The translations under genes and the position numbers were made by a program. Shown piece by piece: positions 37,979 through 49,900 of a DNA stretch of 64,000 bases. Origin of the DNA: Nemertoderma westbladi (Eukaryota > Animalia > Xenacoelomorpha). Under the pieces are notes generated by a model. It did not search any database. It was given only the letters and a program-made list of their open reading frames with translations, and was not told the origin of the DNA. The stretch covers positions 1 to 64,000 of the forward strand of contig JAUCBJ010000012.1 of the NCBI GenBank assembly GCA_032718475.1. The letters are read 5' to 3'. The first letter of the stretch is position 1, and each line of letters starts with the position of its first letter.

Positions 37979-39181
37979 TGTTCGCGCTTTCAGACCGTTA
38001 TTGTTCGCGCTTTCAGACCTTTAGCAGTTTAACCTGCCAAATTTGGATGTCTTTTAGATGATAGATAGTCTTTAGCCTATGACAAGTATTTGATACACTA
38101 CATTAGCCGAATCCAGTCTATGCGCGATCATTCACCCGCTGGATATACCCGGGAGACTGGATTCGGAAGCCTAACCGTATTGCGGGGTAGGCCTACTGTA
38201 TTATTCGACTGATCGTAATATATATAATCTCTGACAAATATTCTTCACTTTCGGGAAATATTAACAGTTCCTTTAGGACGTGGCGCTTTAAATATATAAA
38301 CAGAGTTATGACTTAAACTAGACACAACGGGATGGCTATAGATTCACGTATATGGCGCATTCTTTAGGAGATGCTTCGTTATCAATCACGATCATACACA
38401 ATACTGCACAATGCTGCACCCTAATCTGCCGACCTTCACTAATTTTAGTCACATATAAGGAGAACAACAGACAATACGTGTAGGGCCTATAAAATAGCAT
38501 TAGATTCACTTCAAACCACTTAATGTAAGTCGCAATCGTTATATGTATCCGGTCTCTCTAACCTTTAGTATATCAAGAAGATTGGGGTGTCTGATTGTTT
38601 ATCAGTATTCCAAATATAATATTCCATCAACAAATATAATGAATAAACGACAGCAAAAGCAGTAATGTTAAGGTATGTTATGAGTGAGTGAGTAAGTTAA
38701 GTTATGTTATGTATGTATGATCAGTGAGTTTGATATGATAACGGATATACGTTCTATAATTAAGCCTACTAATGTTGAACTAAAGACTGAAACACGGAGG
38801 TTCCACGCCGGTGTTGTAGGCTGTGGACAAAATCACAATACTGACTCACTTCCCTAGTTTCTATATACAATCTCCAACACAGAGGCAAAAAACGCTCTGA
38901 TTGGTCGACCGAACAAAGAGAGAACAAAGAACAAAGAGATGTTCCACGTGGCAATATCAGCTGTTAGCCGTCGTCATGGTATCTACACTGTTTCAAGAGG
39001 ATCCGGCGTATTGCGTCATAGAATTGCTAATCATGTCCGCTAAAGTACACATACAGAAGAAATGGCTTTTATGTCCTCTAAAACAACAGTACAGTAAGGA
39101 CACGGCCTTTTATGCCTGCTAAACCAACTACAGAGTACTTTACGGGGAAAATAACCGGCTAATTACGCAAAAGCCTTTACA
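37979..39181 (-). repeat. 3' LTR of copy B (1180 bp plus a 23-bp terminal duplication)
   Basis: 38002-39181 matches 52882-54061. Confidence 0.95.
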
Positions 39182-39259
39182 CCGCTCCCAGAAAATGGGA
39201 TTTAAGTCTATAAAATATAACAAATCACAGTTTCTAAAATATAAAAATACTCTAAACAG

Positions 39260-42200
39260 TTAGTCTTTCTTACGCGGACGGCGTTTACGCAGTTTTTTGA
39301 GGCTAGCAAGAGTCCTTTTCTCTTTGGGGCGAGCCACTTTACTAGGAGGGCTGTAGCTCCTGGGTGAAGGGTGCAATACAATTGCATCAGAAGGTTTAGG
39401 ATTACGATCGGTGTATCCTCCGGTCGAGGTACCTGGTTGATCGGTATCAACTTCAGTGGAGCGAGGTCTAATGGCTTTTAGGGCGCGTCTTAGGACAGCA
39501 GCTCCTACGGGTCCTTGACGGGTCGTCTGGACAATGGCGGTAGGCGGACCGTGAGTGGTAAAAAACTTCCTTGGTTTAATGGTTCTTTCCAGCTCGCGTT
39601 CTCGGGCTCGATATTTGTAGGGCCGTCGAGATACTTCCTGTAACTCAGGGTGCGAGTTGATAAATAAATCGCCATACTCAGGGTCTTGACGGATGAAATT
39701 GATCAAATGATATGAAGTAATATCGTTAGGATTGACGTTCCTAAGATATTTTCGAACAAATTTGGTGGAAATACACTCACCAACACGCTTCATTAGTTCG
39801 TAACTCGGTGTGCGTGTTTTTTGTTCCACAGACGCGAATAAATAAGGATGGAACGCGTAAACTCCCTCGTAAGAGCGTCCAGGGTAGTAGCGATGGCGGG
39901 CCTCACAATGTAAATCCGCGTTCGCTTCCCAAGCTCGGATGTAGCGCAGGGTAATCATCTCATCTACGCTTTCTAAATCGCGGTTAAAGGGGCAATTATA
40001 ACTGGCATGTCCTTTAAGTTGACAGTGGTGACATTGGGTCATAAATTGGGGGCAGACTGCAAAAATATGCGAGTTATTAAGTCTGCAATACGCACAATAG
40101 ATCTCCATCATCGGTTGTTCGTGGAAATAGGAGCAGGGTACGTCTGAGTCCATAGGGGTGAAATGGTCTCTCGATGCGCATAATCGACAACGTTTTCGAG
40201 AAATATAGTTGGCGTGTCGATAATCGTATGCGGTGAGACATTGTGGACCTTGATACCACTCCAAGACGTAATCGTTATCGCTGCTCCGGGGCGCTGTAGG
40301 CTGGATCGCTTCAGATTCTAAGCATATTGGTTCGTCTTCCAATTGCATAGCTGAGGTAGGTGCGGCTGTCTCCGCAAGCGGACCCACGGTCTGAATTTGA
40401 ATATTCTATTGTCTGAATTTCCACGACAGAATAACCTGTGGGTATTCGAGGTCTTTGTATAACAGATGAATGTAAGTTCTGTATACAAACGTCCTGAAAG
40501 AGAGCAAATCCCGCGCTGTTTAGCTTCTCTGCAGCTGAGTCTCTTAGGCTGAGTTTGGTCAGAGCGCGGTCCTTGAACTGACTATCAACGTTACGGAACG
40601 GAGTCAGAAAGCGCCTGAAACATTCGAAGCGGATTAATTTATTGTGTTCATCTAACTTGGCGAGTTTGGTTCCAAGTATTAAGGGATGGGCGCGTATGGT
40701 ACGACTGCACACATCGGCTAGCCAACCAGCAAGTGCTGCGTTTTCAAAGATCGTGTATATAGCTAAGGAGGGACAAAGTGGAACACTCATAAAGCTATAC
40801 ACGGCGCCAGGTGCGGTCAATGGTCCATCAAAGTATAAACGAGAATATTGATCTCCATATACTTGTTGGTAATTTATAGGATTTCCAACCTTGAAATTCC
40901 ATCCATATTCTTGAAAGGCAAGATGTCCGATGGAGGTTCGTTGTACTTTGGTAATGCCGCTGGGTGTATTGGCATACATAGTGCGGAAGAAACCTCGGCC
41001 TTCTGCCCAGGGAGTAATCAGCTGAGTATCCACGAAAGGGTATGGAATGTTTTCCATATTCCGAAAGTCGTTTTGTAGATCTCCATAAACAGCCGAGCCG
41101 ATTTTAAGGATTCTTTCGTTAAACAACATCTCGAGCACAGGTTGGGGTAACATCGATCCATCGATACCCATGGCCGGTTTGCGCTCGGTGTCGGCGACGT
41201 AACGCTGCGCGAGCTCGAATTGTCCATGTCGGAGTCTCTTTTGTGTCTCAGTAAGAGTTTCAAAAGAATAATCAATCACATCGGAACACGCTCGAGTAAA
41301 TACGTGGGTAGAACCAGCGAGTCCTCGTATGTGTATCATCCGCGTAGTTCCCAGTTCTCCAACCGGAATGCTACCTTCGTTATCGTAAGTGACAACTCCA
41401 TACATCTCGATAACGTTAAGAGTTTCGTTCCACTCTTTAGTGGCGTTTTCGAGGGTCATTCCCACAGGATGCCACAAGGTAGCGCATTCGCTAGCATTAG
41501 GTAGGTCTCTATACTTTAAATATTGTGTGGTATATGTTTCCACATCTCCATATCGTTGTATTCTTTCCTCCTCGAATAACACGTCAAGATTCCAGTGTAC
41601 TAAACGAGTTTTGATGAATCCATCAAGATTATACGGAGGTATTGTTTCTTTCTCTATTCTGGAAACATTATATGGTTTTCGAAATGAGTTTACTTTAACT
41701 AACTGATCCAGATGTTTCTGCAGTTGTTCGAGTTCGACAAGATCGAGAGGATTTATTAGTGGTAGAAACCTCAGACTATGTGTAGGATCTTCCGGTTTTA
41801 CCATGTAATATTGCGTTAGATTGACGTAATAAGGGTGATCTTTGCCTGTCTTTCTTTTTTGATAACTCTTCAATTATCCTTCTAAGTGCCAAAATGGGCT
41901 CCATGGTCCCACGACCTTTACGGAACCCATTTCAGGGTTCCCCCAGGGTTCCGTAAAGGTCGTGGGACCATGGAGCCCATTTTGGCACTTAGAAGGATAA
42001 TTGAAGAGTTATCAAAAAAGAAAGACAGGCATCTGGCTGTTATCTTTGTTGACTTCTTCAAGGCCTTTGATTCAGTCTCTCGCTCACGTATGTTCAGCAT
42101 ACTTTCATTATATGGGATTCCTGATGAAATTATTGCAGCAATCAGATCAGTATACGATGGTTCGACAACATTTGTGTCTACTGTTGACGGTGACACAGAA

Positions 42201-44870
42201 CCATTTGAAGTGTTATGGGGCGTCCTCCAAGGAGACACACTTGCACCATTCTTGTTCATTATTGTGGTTGACTATGTTCTACGCATGTCCTTAGATCATC
42301 ATAATGATGATGGGGTGATGATAACTCCACCTACTGGCTCCAGAAGTCGAGGAAATCCTGCCAAGTACCTAACTGATCTAGACTTTGCTGATGACTAAGG
42401 AGTACTCTCAGAATCATTAGAGGGAGCCCAGCGGCTCCTCAGCTCATTAGAACATGCTGCTTCTAGTGTTGGTCTTTTTATTAACTCCAGAAAGACCAAA
42501 ATTCTGACAGTTAACTTTGAAAGTCCTCAACAAGTCTCTGATCGGATGAGCATAAGCTCAAAGGATGGTATGCTTGAGCATGTGGACGACTTCTGTTACC
42601 TGGGATCATGGATCCGGAAGTCAGGTGAGGACCTTCGAATACGTAAGGGAAAGGCATGGGCAGCCTTGAATAGGCTTTCCAGGATTTGGAAGTCACCTAG
42701 AATTAATCGGAAACTTAAGGTCCGATTATTTAGAGCAGCAGTAGTTCCAGTACTCCTCTACGGGAGTCCATGCTGGGCTCTAACTGCTGAGGACACCAAA
42801 TCTCTGGATGGCACATTCACAAGAATGCTACGCCGGGTACATTGTGTCAAGTACAATGCACACATCTCCAACCAGACACTATATAACATTGGAGGTGTCT
42901 CATTGGTTCCCCCAAGCTTGACACTAGAACAAAATCGTCTCCGCTTTGCAGGACATTGCTTTCGCCGTGAGGACCAGCCAGTGCATAATCTTGTACTTTG
43001 GCAGCCTCATGGAGTGAATAAGCATGGTGGACAGCCCATGACTTTCTTGAGACGCATCTTAAAGGACACTGGCCTTAAAGATGCGGATGATCTAGCAAAT
43101 GTCATGGGTGATAGGGAGTTGTGGCGGCGCAATTTTGTTGACAAGCCGGCACAGCATTCTTAAAAATGCAGCTGCAATGCAGCATGCCGATCCTAGTCCT
43201 AGTTGATCCCATAAAACGAGTCCGGTAAAGGTCTAGCGCGTATGTTTACATCGTGTACCATGCGACGGACAAGATCCGCTCTATTGTCCGGAGGTTGAAC
43301 GAGTGTACCATCTACACGAGCGGCTTCGATGGGTGGACGTTGCAACATGGGAGCGTCGGCGATAAGCTCTCTAGATCTTAGGTTGATATCAACCGGTTGG
43401 GGTTGTATCGTCGCAAAGAGTTTGTCTCCGAAATGGGGAACCATCGAGGGATGAAGGATGGTTTTAGAGTAGAGATCCGTCATAAGGATTTGAGCATCGG
43501 GTTGAGCTAAAGCTGCTTCTTCTCTCTCATCTAGTTCTATATGTCTCTCCTCGAGCTGATTTTCCTCCGCTTGTTGTTGTAGACGCTCATCTAGGAACTC
43601 TTGTAAAGAGTAGGTTCGTCCACGTTCGATGTCCTCTTAGAGATTTTGTATTTCTCTATCGAACTGGGGTAAAGCTAATTCCTTCACCGCTTGGACTTGT
43701 TGTTGCAATTTACGTTTCTCCAAACAATCGTAAGTTCCTTTTCCGATTTTCTGCCGAATAGCATCTAACGCGTTTCGTACGACGCTCTCTTCGACTTCTG
43801 TAACGGGTTGTATCGAGGTGAAGCCGGGACGGTTGTGTGGGTTAAATGGCGATTAGGTAGGGTTGGCGAATATCTAGTGAGCCTACTACCGGAGTACCAC
43901 CGATCAACTGTTCGGGTAACACTAGATCTTTGAACAGTGAGTACAGTTCAGGAGGATCCGTGATACTATTAGGATCAAGAGTCTGAGGTCTAACTGAGGA
44001 ATGAGGAGGTCTGACCGAGTATTCCGGAACTCTGATCATTGGTTTGTTCAAGGATCGTTTGAGTCGAGCGACCATAGGGGATACGTCGAACAGGTTTCGC
44101 TCGAAACTCCCATAAGTATATCGTGTAAAACTGTGTTTAGCGCAACGTCTCCGCGGATGTTTATGTCTTTCCGTTTGCTGATTGGGTCTAGGGCATTCGT
44201 CGCAGTAATACCAAAGACGCACGTCCTGCAGGGGAAACGCGGGTGATCGTTCTCCAGTTTTACAATATTCCTCCATCTGTTCGAAGCTATCTGGGACGAC
44301 AGGTAGCGGTCGATCGGCGGTAAGATACATCATAGTGAAATAGAGTCGTTTGAGTTCTATCATAGGATCATGATGTATACCTTGTGGATATCGAGTTTCG
44401 AGATTTTGTTGACTGGCAATAATGAGATATGTCTCTCTCAGGAATTCCAGATAATCGTTGAAGTCGCTGCGTTTATCCGGCTCTTCAACGTCTTCCCTTT
44501 CGAGTTTGTTTCGAATAGAGTTCTCGTGTTCTATTCTCGGTTTATCGTTCCGACTCCGCTGGGTATGATATTTAAATAAAACCATTTCCCTTTCGGTGTC
44601 TACATCGTCCGTATCGTGTAAATCGATAGGATGGCCAGTAGTTAAGAAGTCCATATACGTACCATTACGATGCGTATAGCGAGCGGTGAACTTTCTATAA
44701 TCCAATTCACGCGTAAGTTGCTCCTGGGACATTGGCGGTTCGATATAACGACCATCATCCTCCGTAGTAGTTGGACCAGCGTCTCCGCGTATCAAGCTAT
44801 CGACAAACGCTTGTAAAGGTAGAGTATATCGCTCCCTAATACCGAGATCATCTTCTATCAACTCAGTCAT
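39260..44870 (-). pseudogene. Extra ORF3 of the BEL element (~1400 codons reconstructed): N-terminal region and coiled coil, DEDDy/WRN-like 3'-5' exonuclease, three CCHC-type knuckles, basic tail; disrupted
   Basis: Same-strand segments 44870-43853, 43852-43205, 41840-40411 and 40388-39260 join after correcting a 1-nt shift near 43853, one TAA (~43638), the LINE insertion (with a 1-nt shift) and a 22-bp duplication. Motifs VVTYDNEG, LEMLFNERILKIGSAVYGD, FVDTQ, SIGHLA, PLCPSLAIYTIFE; CAYC..H..C and CHHCQLKGHASYNC. Confidence 0.75.
41841..43203 (+). mobile_element. 5'-truncated RTE-like LINE (C-terminal RT half, in-frame stop after FADD) inserted in ORF3
   Basis: GFRKGRGT, FVDFFKAFDSV, GVLQGDTLAPFLF, LDFADD, FCYLGS; (TCCTAG)2 tail; TSD TGATC (41836-41840 / 43204-43208). 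Confidence 0.9.
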
Positions 44871-46504
44871 ATCTGCTATGAGTTTATCAATATTATAATG
44901 AGTTTATATATTAGGCTAGCGGGCGTCGCTGCCTACCCCTCTTTTGCCCCCGGACAGTGCAAGATCCTCAGCGCCGATGTACCGTCGTCGCTGTGCTTTC
45001 GCCAACGATGTAGCTACACAACGACAACGATAACCGGCACAAGTCACTCCACTGTCCGTCCCAAAGGCTTAGATGTACTTTAGGTTCTTTCTGGAGAGTT
45101 AGGGTTACTTTCACAATTGCGACTAGCTACTGTAAACACACTTTAGCAGTAACATTCACCTATGAACGCACAAATTCAACACAACTGCCATAAACTGTAC
45201 ACATTCGGGCCATTTGTCCGTTAGTCAGTACCTTCCAGAATGTCACTTTATTTATTATGTATCCTTGGATACTAGCAGTGCGCTATTTATTCCCTATGCT
45301 ATTCAATGGGGCAAGCCTTCTATTGTTCTTTTAACTCACTTCTAATTCTAGCGTGGTTGTTGCCATGGTGACATTATGGAAAGCTAGCGGTAGAATTAGG
45401 GTAATTCTCATGCATACAGATCTGGGATGCTATTTAATAGTAATTCTTTAATTGTCAATATCCTCTCTATATATGATTTTATGAATTTTATCGGCTATTG
45501 ACTATATATTGGAGATTCTCGCACACAAATACACTTAATAGAGTGAATCTCCGCTCCCATGATCTATTAATTAATGGAATTTTGGGAATGTTATAAATTG
45601 TATAAAATGACAATTTATTAAATTCATTGAAATATCTGAATTTAAATTTATTCCCGTAAATTTTATTATTTAATGTTAAATAGACACAATTTTATTCCAG
45701 AACGTGTCTGGGGACTGGGACCCTTGATTCGATTCTAGGAATTTTGTCTTTTTAAGAGTATCGGTAAGTGCTACGATATCTTAATCGACTAGAATTTTAA
45801 AGGATCTGATATTTGACAGATTTTGTAAATATTAATAATTAATATTTAGGATGGGCACCAGTTTATTCCAGAACTTGTCTGGGGACGTTAACCACTGATT
45901 CTAGAATTTTGTCTTTCAAGTATATCGGTGGGTGCCACGATATCTTAATCGACTAGAATTACAGCTGGTCAAAGGGTTTAACAGATTTATTTGCGTTGTA
46001 CGCTACTGTTAAAGGGACATCACGCTACTATATGTATTATCTAATATACGGTATGAGAGCAATATCGCACGAAGCAATGTCAGTGTGAAGAGGCAAGTCG
46101 TTTCCAAGGTCTACCCGGAGCTTGGTTTAGCCGAGACACGAGGATCTGAACTTTGCATTCCTAATACTCTGCCTACCAATAATACTTGAATATAGTAGTG
46201 GCTTTATTGTACTTTAATAAGTACGGACATTTCATCTTACTGTAGTTACGTATTCGTAATGTAATACGGGCAGCAAGGAAAGAGAAAAAGAATTGTTTCT
46301 CGCCGTCGCACTAAATATATAATATAAGTAATTACGTAATAAACGAGAATATATTGCACTAATCTACTAAATAATCGCTAAAATAACATTCTACTAAATA
46401 AAATTAAAGAAAACGATTATAATAAAATTACATAATAATACATACATAAATATAAAATAATAAGAATATAAAATAATATGGTCACACACCCACTCCATAT
46501 GCTA

Positions 46505-46958
46505 CTAAGCTGGGGAGTCCCTAGATGTTTGTTGGATTAGGGAGGTGGTCGTGGGAAGAGTATCTTGCCTCCCATAGTTTCCGGAGAGTTCTCTGTCTCT
46601 TTCCAGTAAACATAAGCGACCAACTGGGCGATTGAGCTGCTGCGTCTCGAAGACAATTCCCGGTTTCTTGAAGTTACGTCGCATGACGACGAGTTCTACC
46701 GATCGCACCAAACCGTCATCCGAGATGTGAGTCTCGATGATACGACCTGTCTGCCACCGCTTACGTGGAAGATCTACATCCAGAATAAGAACCATGTCTC
46801 CAGCGCTGACGTTTTCTTGCTGCGCAAACCACTTAGTTCGAAGTTGTAGCGTGGGCAGATAATGTTTTTCGAAATGGTCAGCGAAACGACGGGATAACAA
46901 CTGCATGAGTTGCCAAGTTTGCCGGCAGTATTCGTCTCCGTCTGTGATTTCCGATTGT
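46505..46958 (-). pseudogene. C-terminal integrase remnant (BEL DUF5641-type region)
   Basis: HYLPTLQLRTKW...GDMVLI...PRKRWQTGRI...DGLVRSV...RPVGRLCLL, fused out of frame directly behind Gag. Confidence 0.85.
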
Positions 46959-49900
46959 GGTAGTTAGGGTGAGGTTGCTGTCTGTGTCTTTTTCATACGT
47001 AAGTGCTCGATACACTGCGGTATTTATCATGTAACAGGATTCACCTTCGTCGGAGAATTCATCTCTATAGAATCCTTCCATCTCAGAGCTTTGGTCAGTG
47101 TCGTTCACATCACTGAATTGGACATGTAGTTCGGAATCACTTACCTGACTCTGGCTGTTTCGCTCAAATTCAGTGTGCAACAAGATATGATGTTTCGCAC
47201 CGCACTTTGCACACCTTGTGTCGGAGTAACAGGTTCGCCGTTGGTGTCCTTGTCTGAGGCAATTATAACACAACCGCTTATCCCACATGACTTCCCGTCT
47301 CTCCGCTAATGATTTCTTCAGGAATTCATCACACGTATTCAAATGGTGGGTCCCGTCACATAGCGCACATTTCGGTTTGATGTTACTTACCTTATTTTGA
47401 ATAACAGTGTGCACACTCTTTCTTTCTTCGGGCTTTCTCACCTGAATTCTCTTGGGAGACGTAGGAGGAGTTTTTCTTACCTGTTCTCTCCTGTCATTGG
47501 TTCGAGACTTGAATTTACTTACCTGTTCTTTAGGCGTTTTATTGACATAATAAGATCTTTCAGTGTCTTTCCCGCTATCCTCTCCTTGAGAAGTCTGGCT
47601 TTCGCCGTCGTCTGTATAACACACTGGTGTTACCTTTCTCCTAGAGATGGGTTTCTCACTTACCTTGTTTTCCGGTGTCTTCTCTCTGGACTGCTTTATG
47701 AGCTGTAATTTCACTTCGCCATCCAAGAATGACATGAGATCAGCCATGGTAGGGTCTCGTTGTTGTTGTTCCATCATATATAACACTTTCTTGTCCCAGC
47801 GTGTACCTACTCCACCCTTCGGTAAAGTAGAAGCCACTGCTCTAATAACCATAGCACTCTGATACTCATGAGACTTACCTAGCCAATCTAATTGTCTGCA
47901 GATCTCCTGAATCTCATCGGAAAACTCTATAATCCCGCTGCTAATAAACTTTCGGGGCGCTACCAACTTTGCATACAAATACCCAGCTATGTTATTCCTA
48001 TTACCATACCTGATGTTTAGTGTATCCCAAACTTGTCTTAATCCGTCTGGATGTCCAATAAACTTTAACGCCATTAACTTGGGAGATCCTTCCAAGCACT
48101 CGATGAGGAATCTAAGTTTCTCTCCATTAGATAGCACAGAGTTCTGTATGTTATCTTTATAATATTCATTAAAAGGTAACCATTTCATCTCATCTCCATT
48201 GAACTTCACTATCTCTCCCACCTTTACCGCTTGGCGGGCTTCGGTTCTAGCCATTTGACGCGTAAAACTTTCTTGGGCCATCGTGTTATTTAATATCGAG
48301 TTATCGGTATATAAATTTCTTGGGTTATGATCAGGTCTATAGGGAATATCACTATCAACAGGTCTATAATTACCCTTAATAGGGTTTACTATAGGAGTTT
48401 CTACTTCACTAGCAGTATAGATGCGTGTAGGCTCCACACCTTGCGCATGAAATACTTCAGACCTAACGGGTTGACATATTGTTACAGAGGGTGGTGATAT
48501 ACCCTTTTGTAAATTTACTAATTTCTCGCGTTCTAGCGCGATACTTTGCTGCACTTCTTGCAACTCTAACCTACTTTCCTTTACGGTTCCCTTTAACTGT
48601 TGAACAGTCCCTTCTAACTCTCGGACCTGTAGGGAGGAGCGCACTCGATTCTCCTTCATCTCTCCGAGGAGAATGTCCATCCCCCGCTGTCTCTCGTCTA
48701 CCCAATCAACCGCCGAAGCAGGATCCGCCAACGTCGTAGCGGGCGGACGAGGGACTACAGGCGATATATCCTTTATATTTCGCTCGGAGTCCAGGACCGA
48801 CACTGCTTCAGGGGCTGTTCCTCTAGGCACAGATAATTTGGTGCTGTGTAAAGGGAATTTAAAGGTGGGTTCTGGGAGCACAGGTGTCTCTATCACCGAA
48901 GGGGTGATTTCAAGAACAGGCCTAATTATTTCAGGCTCATCTACTATAGTAGGGAGTCTTTCTAGTTTAATTATTTGGTCTGTGGGTTCTGTACTACCTA
49001 AATCTGTGTTAGTTAATTGCCTTCTAACAGCTGGGGGCAAATCAGGCAATTTGTGACGGTAAGATGTTCTTCTACGCCTACTTAGACGAGATCTATTTCC
49101 TCTGCCTTCAGGATCGGTGGTATCGCCTTCCTCAGATGATGTATAACCTTGTCTCTTGGGAGTAGATCTATTCATCATCTGCATATTACTAGCTGTTAAC
49201 TGTTTACTGAAGTTGTCTTGCTTCTCTTGAAGATTTTCCAACTCTAGTTGGGTTGTCTCTTCAGATGCCCTCCGTTCTGCTTCTGCCACTGCTATTTTTC
49301 TTTCCGCTTCGGCCGCTGCCGCTTTTCTTGCTGCTTCTACTGCTGCAGCTGCCGCTTTTGCTTCTGCCGCTGCCGCTTTTGCCTCTGCTGCTGCCTCTGC
49401 CGCTTTTCTATCCGCTTCTGCCGCTGCCACTGCCGCTGCTGCTGTCTTTCTATCTTCTATACGTTTTTTCTTTACTTGTTCTTCTTGAACCTTAGCGATG
49501 CGGATGCTTTCATTGAATTTAGCTTGGTTCGCAGCTAACCTATCCACATCGATTGCGTCCAACACACGCTGGGCTCCTTCACTATTAGGGCTAAGCCCCT
49601 CTAGTCTTCTCCTCAACTCTTCATCTCCTACAAAACGTTGATAGTCCGACAGATAGATGTCAATGGCATCCCTCTTATGCGGCTTCTCTGCCGTCGCTTC
49701 ACTTTCCACTTGGGAAAAAGTAGCGTCTGTTGATTCTCCATGGGTTGAGCGCTCATCCAGTTGGGCTTTCCACTGAGTCGTTCCTTGCACCTGGAGGCTC
49801 ACCTGTTGAAACCAAGTCTTTACGGCAACTTGCAACGACGTGTCTTGTCTTCTTTTAGAAGCCTCCTCAAAGGCCGATAAGATTAGCCTGATTCGTAGAA

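Noticed and set aside
41841-41873. N-terminus MKSYQKRKTGK of the 520-aa ORF
   Set aside because: Comes from the inverted LINE arm, not from ORF3.
39260-44870. env gene
   Set aside because: Position fits, but no signal peptide, TM anchor or fusion-protein pattern is visible; nuclease and knuckle motifs are present instead.
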